From: Octopus vulgaris
Lineage: Eukaryota
Assembly: GCA_951406725.2 (NCBI GenBank)
Contig: OX597814.1
Location: 81,840,001-81,904,000 of the forward strand
Direction of reading: 5' to 3'
DNA: 64,000 nt
In this document: positions 55,746-64,000 of the stretch, in pieces
Layout of the letters: each line of letters opens with the position of its first letter
Position numbering within the stretch: position 1 is the first letter of the stretch
Program-made: the position numbers and the translations under genes
The notes under the pieces: model-generated
What the model was told of the DNA's origin: nothing
Seen by the model: the letters and a program-made list of their open reading frames with translations, nothing else
Databases searched by the model: none

Positions 55746-55921
55746 CATGCATGTATGTATGTATGTATGTGTGTATGTATGTATACGCACACACACAGAC
55801 ACATATTTATACATATACATATGTAAAATAAGTCTCAAAAATTGAACACAAACACGACAAAAAAAAGAACGGAAAATTCTCTCACAAGACATGAACATAC
55901 TCTTTCCTCGTCAGTTATATA

Positions 55922-55983
<62 letters not shown>

Positions 55984-56439
55984 AATATAAATATATATAT
56001 ATCCGCACCCATAGGTGGTGAATTGAGATACTTACCCTGAATTTGGTCCAGTTTTATCATTTCCGCTGTTTGGTGCATAAGCTCGAAATGGCTGGTGGGC
56101 ATTTCCAAATAAATTTGCAAAATGATTCACTAATGAGGAAAGAACGTGGCAATACGTCAGAAAGTGCTCGGCCTTTTCGGGTTTGAACATCGATGGCCTT
56201 TGTTTTCGTTTGACGCGTGCACAGCTCAACAAAACACAGGCAAGGAGTGACATCCACTCAACGTAAGAACACACCCACACATATTCCCGTCAGCTTGACG
56301 CACCACCCAACTGACGGAGCTATTATAGGCTCTACTGTCAAGATTTTTGTTTGCGTTTGAGAGTGCGTAGCACTAGAAATGTGTAGGTGCCTGTGTGTGA
56401 TATTGCGTGTATATGTGTGTGCGCCCGTGTGTGAGTTGT

Positions 56440-56549
<110 letters not shown>

Positions 56550-56580
56550 TATCATCACACGCACACACAAACACACACAC

Positions 56581-56620
<40 letters not shown>

Positions 56621-56815
56621 GACGTGCTGCGAAATCCACTCGCAAGTCTTTGATCGGTCCGAAGCTACAAGTAGGAGACACTTACCCAAGGGGCCACGCA
56701 GTAGAACTGAACCCAGAACGATGTGGTTGAGAAGGAAGCTGCTTGCCATATGCCCACGCCTGCATCTAGAAATATAAATATATAAATATAAATACATACA
56801 TATATACATACATAT

Positions 56816-56882
<67 letters not shown>

Positions 56883-57101
56883 CATACATACATACATACA
56901 TACATACATACATACATACATACATACATACATACATACACACATATATATATATATAAATAGATGGCTGTATTTTTCCGTTGTTAACAATTAACACGGA
57001 AAAATGGATAAATAGTTACTTGTTGCCTTTCGCTTCATAATTATATTTATATATATATAATTATTAAGCGAAAAGCAACAAGTATAGTGACACTATACTT
57101 A

Positions 57102-57163
<62 letters not shown>

Positions 57164-57247
57164 CGTATGTCTGGATGTTTTGTTGTCCCTTTTTTGTATC
57201 ACTTAGTTGTCTGGACGTTTTGCGCCCTCGTCCATTTTTGTATTTTT

Positions 57248-57280
<33 letters not shown>

Positions 57281-57303
57281 GCATATACATAATTATGTTT
57301 GCA

Positions 57304-57345
<42 letters not shown>

Positions 57346-57408
57346 AATATATAAATATGTATGTATATGTGTATGTATAGCTACATATATATATAGACAG
57401 ACAGACAG

Positions 57409-57442
<34 letters not shown>

Positions 57443-58093
57443 AGCACACACACACATAGACACTCATTTTTTCTATCAAAAATAACTAATTGTAATATTT
57501 ACCTGCTATTCTTTATTGTAGCTTTATGAGCCTTGGGATCTAAAAAAGAATTTATTTTACGCCTTCTCGAAAGACTATACATGCATACACACATATATAC
57601 GACGGGCTTCTTTCATTTTACCAAATCCACTGAAAAGGCATTAATCAGCCCGAGGCTATAGCACAGAACATATGTTCAAGATGCCTCGCAGTGGAACTGA
57701 ACCCGGAAGCATGTGGTTTGGAAACAAGCTTCTTACCGCATTGCCACCCCTGCACCCATACATATATATATATATATATATACACACATAAACATACATG
57801 TGCGTGCATGGTGCGTATGTATATATATATATATATATACACACATAAACATACATGTGTGTGCATGGTGCGTGTGTATGTATGTATACATACGTACAAA
57901 TTAATATAGTGTATGTGTATGTGTATATATTTATTATAATGTACACATGTATTGGTTAGGACGTATGCGCGCGCGCAACCACACTCACGCACACACATCT
58001 CTACAGATGTATATATATATATGTATAATAATGTGTGTGCGTGTGCGCGAGAGTATGAAATTGAATTTACAATCTGTGAGTTTAGGATTATAT

Positions 58094-58156
<63 letters not shown>

Positions 58157-58638
58157 GTCTGTTTGTCTCTAACGCACCATCACTTGAAAACTGATGTTGG
58201 TGTGTTTACGTCCCTGTAACTTAGCAGTTCGGCAAAAGATAATGATACTCTAAGTACTAGGCTTACAAAGAACAACTCATTATGGCGGTGCTCCAGCATG
58301 GCCGCAGTCAAATGACTGAAACAAGTAAAAGAATAAAAGAATACGTATGCATGTGTGTGTGTGTGTGTGTGTCTGTGTGTGTGTGTGTCTGTGTGTCTGT
58401 GTGTGTGTGTGTGTGTGTATGTGTGTGTGAATTTATCTAAAGTTTTATGAATAGCAGCAAAGAATATACTGATGGTGTGTGTCCTTTCATGGAGACAGAT
58501 ATAATCCTAAACTCACAGATTGTAAATTCAATTTCATACTCTCGCGCACACGCACACACATTATTATACATATATATATATATACATCTGTAGAGATGTG
58601 TGTGCGTGAGTGTGGTTGCGCGCGCGCATACGTCCTAA

Positions 58639-58697
<59 letters not shown>

Positions 58698-58962
58698 GTA
58701 TGTATGTGTCTGTTTGTCTCTAACGCACCATCACTTGAAAACTGATGTTGGTGTGTTTACGTCCCTGTAACTTAGCAGTTCGGCAAAAGATAATGATACT
58801 GTGTGTATATATATATATATATATACACACATATAACAAAAGAAAGCGGGTGTTTCCATGCAGGAAAAAATATAGGAAAATGTGTTGTTGAAAATGCTCC
58901 TAAATTTCAAAACTCGTAATAGTTTAAAATACATAGATACATACATGCATATACATATACAT

Positions 58963-59028
<66 letters not shown>

Positions 59029-59934
59029 CGTACGTATTTGTGAGTGTATGGACATATACTAATGTTCCACAGATAAAATAGTTTAGTGTTTATGTGTGTC
59101 TGTGTATGTGTGTGTGTGTTTGTGTATGTTGCGCATGTGCGCATGTTACCATGCTTTACCTTGTGTACGTTGCGCGTGTGCGCATGTGCGCGTATATTAG
59201 ATCGATTATTAAAGGCTCCCGATCTGTGACCACCGCATGGCAGCAGTAATCTAGAAAAGTTGCGGCGCCACGGCCGCATTACATAAGTAATCTGTCGTTT
59301 TGTTCTTAGTTAAATAATCCAAAGTTTGTCAATCAGTTGAACACACTGGAGTTATATCCCTTCCCTAAATGGTTTTTGATTTTAAACACGCCTAGCTGGA
59401 ATATAAGTTCATTAATTCTTGAATAATCTTAGTGATTCAACTTTCTGTTATAGATATATATGAGAGACCCAGCAGTATATAAAGTCTGGATGCGTTTATG
59501 TGCGTGCGCGCGCGTATGCGTTTTTGTGTGTGCATATGTATATCCATTTGAATACACGCAACCACATACATATACATCCATATACACACACACATGCACG
59601 CACGCACACACACAACTTTCATTTATTTCAGTCATTGGATTGTGGTCATGCTGTGGCACCACCTTGAAAAGTTTAGTCATTCCAGCGTTAGTACTATCAA
59701 CCTTAGTACATGTTTTTAGAAGTCTCGTACTTATTCTATTGGTCTCTTTTGCCGATCCGATCCGACTCAGGCACATAAACAAACCAACACCATTTGTTAA
59801 GCGGTGATGGAGGACACACAGCTATACAAGCATACACACACGCACGCGCGAATACATGCATGCATACTTCAAAAATACATTCATACATACATACATACAT
59901 TCATACATACATAGGTATATATATATATATATAA

Positions 59935-61810
59935 ATTAAATTAGAGATAAAACCACTATTAAGCAAATCAAACAGTGAAAAACATAAACCAAAACATAAA
60001 AATAAAAATAATTAATATAATATACAAAATATATAAAATATAAAATTTTAAATTTAAATTATTTAAATTTCATTTTTTTTTTTTAATATATATAACTAAC
60101 AAAAAGTATTAAAACGTTTAATATAAGATAATAAGTAAAACCACTACGTACGTTTCATGGCCATAACCTAACTCGAATTACAATAATTTAAATTCAATTA
60201 AAAATTCGAATTATAATTATAGTCAATCTTCAGGTTAATGATGATAGTTAAATAAATAAGCAAATATATTTAAACAATATCTTTTAAGAAATTAATAAAA
60301 TAATATAATAATTTTTCTTATAAAAAACTCTATTATCAAACTAGAAACTTTAACGATTAGGATTATGTCATACAATCCAATTATAATGTTAAATATTAAT
60401 TTTTAAGGTAAAAATAGATAGAAAATGTATTTATCTATTCAGATATAATATGGTTTTAAAAAACATAATAAACTCACGAATAACCTAATCTCAGTTATAG
60501 TCAATATCTAATTACCTAATTATTTAACAAAAAAATAATCAAAAACATAATCACTATTCATATTAAATTTAAGTACAAATCTAATAATTATAAAATATTT
60601 TAATAATAACTAAATTATTATCAATAAATATATATAAATATAATAATTAAGATCTAAAATTATCTCTATCAATAAATATATATACGTATTATGAAAAACT
60701 AAATAAATTAATTATTCCATTATTACTAACGAAATATATTAAAAAATTAAAAAATTAAAGATCAAAAAGCAAATTATAAACATATAACATATTTAAAAAA
60801 AAACTATAAATATTTATCGATCAATATATCTCGTTGGCTAATTAATAACTTACAAAAACCGTATAGTTATGATCTAATAATGAAATAATGAAATACATAT
60901 CTTCAACAACTAAATACTTATACAATCAAATTATCAATCCGTAGTTATATAGTATCCAATAAAAACCATATAACATAAATTATTAAAATATTAAAATAAA
61001 TTTAATATAAAGGTTTACTTAGTTTTCAAAAATCGTGTCATTAACTAAACTAATAATAAACAAATGGAAAATACTTTAACAAATAAAACTACGAATATAT
61101 TTTATCAATGAAAAATACTACTACAAATTATCAATTGAAAATAGCTATATTTAAGCTATAATAGAACAAAGTCAACTATTAGAGATATTTATGAATATAT
61201 AATATGGCTTAAAAAGCCATGATAAACTCACAAATATCCTTAACTCAGTTATAGTCCAAAAATTTAATTTCCAAATTATTTAACTAAATAATAATTATTC
61301 ATATTTTAGATTTAAGTACACATCTAATAATTATAAAATATTTAAAAAATAATAACTAAATTACTATCAACAAATATAGCAATTAAAAACTAAAATGTAC
61401 GCTATCAATAAATGTATAGACATATAAAGAAAAATAAATAAATTAATTAATTCAATACTACTTACATAAATATTAAATATTAATATAATATAATTATGAG
61501 ATACATTAAAAAATTTAAAGATTAATATCAAATTAAAACCAAAACCTAACTTTAAAAAAAAACGTATAACTATTAACGATCTATATATCTCCTTGGCTAA
61601 GTAATATCTTACAAATAACGTAGAGTTAAAATCTAATAATTATATACATAACTTCAACAACTAAATCATTACATAACAATCTATATTTAGATTGTATACA
61701 AAATAATACAATAAGACTAATTAAAATATTTAAAAAATTTTAAATTTTAAAATCTTAAATAGAAATAGATTACTTAGCTTTCCAAGGCTGTATGATGAAC
61801 TAAAATTTTA
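59935..61810 (-). other. Extremely AT-rich, G-poor (plus strand) element with an internal ~750 bp tandem duplication and a hammerhead-like motif
   Basis: 60445-61050 aligns with 61195-61800. The minus strand at 60142-60240 reads CTGAAGA-T-TGACTAT...ATGGCCA-T-GAAA-CG-TA. Confidence 0.5.
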
Positions 61811-61851
61811 ATACATACATACATACATACATACATACATACATACATACA

Positions 61852-61882
<31 letters not shown>

Positions 61883-62001
61883 GATCCCTCTGATTAAGAC
61901 CGTTTATAAAGGAGAATATATCATCCCCTCGCAAAATGTGGTAGGATTGGAAATTTTAATTTGAAATTAAGGAATACGAGAAGATAAAGAAATATAGTAT
62001 G

Positions 62002-62068
<67 letters not shown>

Positions 62069-62164
62069 ACGTCGGGCTTCCGCCCACGAAAACCACTCAC
62101 AAGGATTTGATCGGCCCGAAGTTATAGCAAAAGACACTTGCAAAAGCTGCTTACCATACAGCCA

Positions 62165-62304
<140 letters not shown>

Positions 62305-62529
62305 GATCGATCGATCGATGGGTATACCGATAGACAGACAGATAGATAGATAAATTATGGATAAATATGGAATATATATATATAAAAAGAAAAGAAATTC
62401 AACATATGAACTATATTTCTTTATTTTCTTCCTCGTATTCCTTAATTTCAAATTAAAATTTCCAATCCTACCACATTTTGCGAGGAGATGATATATTCTC
62501 TTTTATAAACGGTCTTAATCAGAGGGATC

Positions 62530-62560
<31 letters not shown>

Positions 62561-63003
62561 TGTATGTATGTATGTATGTATGTATGTATGTATGTATGTA
62601 TGTATGTATGCATACACTCATGCTGATATGCATACTTATAGGTCCAGGGCCAGATTAAGACCTATACAGGCCGTTAGTACTTAATAATTTCGGTGTCCCC
62701 ATGTATATGTAAATCAAAATATACATAATAAATAAGACATGAAACGAATTTTTTTTTTTTGAAAATGAAGCGAAACTAAGAGTAAGATGGAAAATAATGT
62801 TTTTTTATGTAAACTTCCACTTTATATTTGAAAAGTTTTCTTCTACTTTTTTAGTTGCAATGTCTTGGATCAGATCCTCGCTGTGATTCAATGAACATTA
62901 CAAAATTATATTTTCTACCATATAAACCACTTCGAATATTGTTTTAGCAAGTTTAAAGTGATTTCTTTTGTGCCCCACATCCAGTGATGACCTGAGCACG
63001 TAA

Positions 63004-63223
63004 CCCTTTCATTACCAACCCGGCTGAAACCGGCTCTAGCCCTGAGTACAAATGTCTTGTTTTCATAAGTTTTGAATTAAAATCTTCCACTAAACCTTAA
63101 CCACAATTTATGTTCTTAACACTAGCTTAATGATAACTAAGTTATTTTACTAAATTCTTTGTTATATTTAAAGTAATTGAAAGAAACACAGAACATCTCA
63201 AAATAAATTCAGTAATGAAAGGG
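63004..63223. mobile_element. piggyBac-type MITE
   Basis: TIRs CCCTTTCATTAC and GTAATGAAAGGG, flanked by (g)TAA and TTAA. Confidence 0.8.
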
Positions 63224-63902
63224 TTAATGGTTAATCCAGCGTTGTATAGGTCTATCACACATATACACGCATACCCACGCACGCAAGTATATTTTTTATG
63301 TTCTTCAACAAAGACATAAAAGTGTTCAGTACAAATTAGTGTTGGGTATGAGAGCACTTTTCGGAGGAACGGTTGACCGATCGACTGCAATCGCTGTTTA
63401 AGGTTGTGTGTTGCTTGCTTATTTCAATAAATTAAAATACATAAAATTCAACTCACTTCCAATATAAAGTTATATTGAGCAACTTTTTATATTTTCTAAG
63501 TAGCACTTCAACAAAAATCAAATGTAATCTCACCTACGCGTTGAGAACTTTTACGTCCATAAACTATACATATAATGAACAAGGAATGCAGTCAATCGAG
63601 AGAATGGATATGAAATCTATTCTGTGGAAAACATTCAAATACCACACAGGAAAGTCTACTTAAAAGCATTCATCGATAAAAGCGGAAACAATTCTTAAAA
63701 CAACTGACTTACATATATATCAGCCAACCATCCGCCCTCCTATACATACATGATGGCTGCCCCCCGTTATCGAGTATGGCCCTTGCACGAAGCTTAACTG
63801 TTATTGGTGCTGTGATCGAATGTAACTTTTTAGCCCCGCTAAAGATCTACAATGTCTTGAACAGAATTGGCAGCTACATACATACATACATACATACATA
63901 CA

Positions 63903-63936
<34 letters not shown>

Positions 63937-64000
63937 CATACCTAAACACACACATGCATACATATTTGAATGTATGTATCATCATCGTAATCATCATCAT

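Overview
AT-rich, microsatellite-saturated eukaryotic DNA; the repeat families suggest an octopus or other coleoid cephalopod (inference). The only host gene I can support is a Snail-family five-zinc-finger transcription factor on the minus strand (main coding exon 8797-10046). I could not find a SNAG-domain exon, and there is a candidate RFX X-box plus CCAAT promoter about 2 kb upstream. The rest is microsatellite plus transposon debris: maT/DD37D and mariner elements, Tc1, piggyBac and hAT MITEs, a decayed Buster/Charlie-like hAT, Helitrons, an R4/Dong-like LINE tail, two tRNA-derived SINE families, and many Penelope-like (PLE) fragments. The most notable signal is a dense, diverse set of minimal type-I hammerhead ribozyme (HHR) motifs, more than a dozen in about 9 unrelated families. 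They include covarying C3:G8, U3:A8 and A3:U8 cores and mostly lie in short non-coding elements forming inverted repeats next to (TA)n. One family has a tRNA-like Pol III head beside the HHR module and is a candidate Penelope-dependent, self-cleaving SINE. Nearly all ORFs in the supplied track are translated microsatellites. All RNA structures were read by eye; none was computed.
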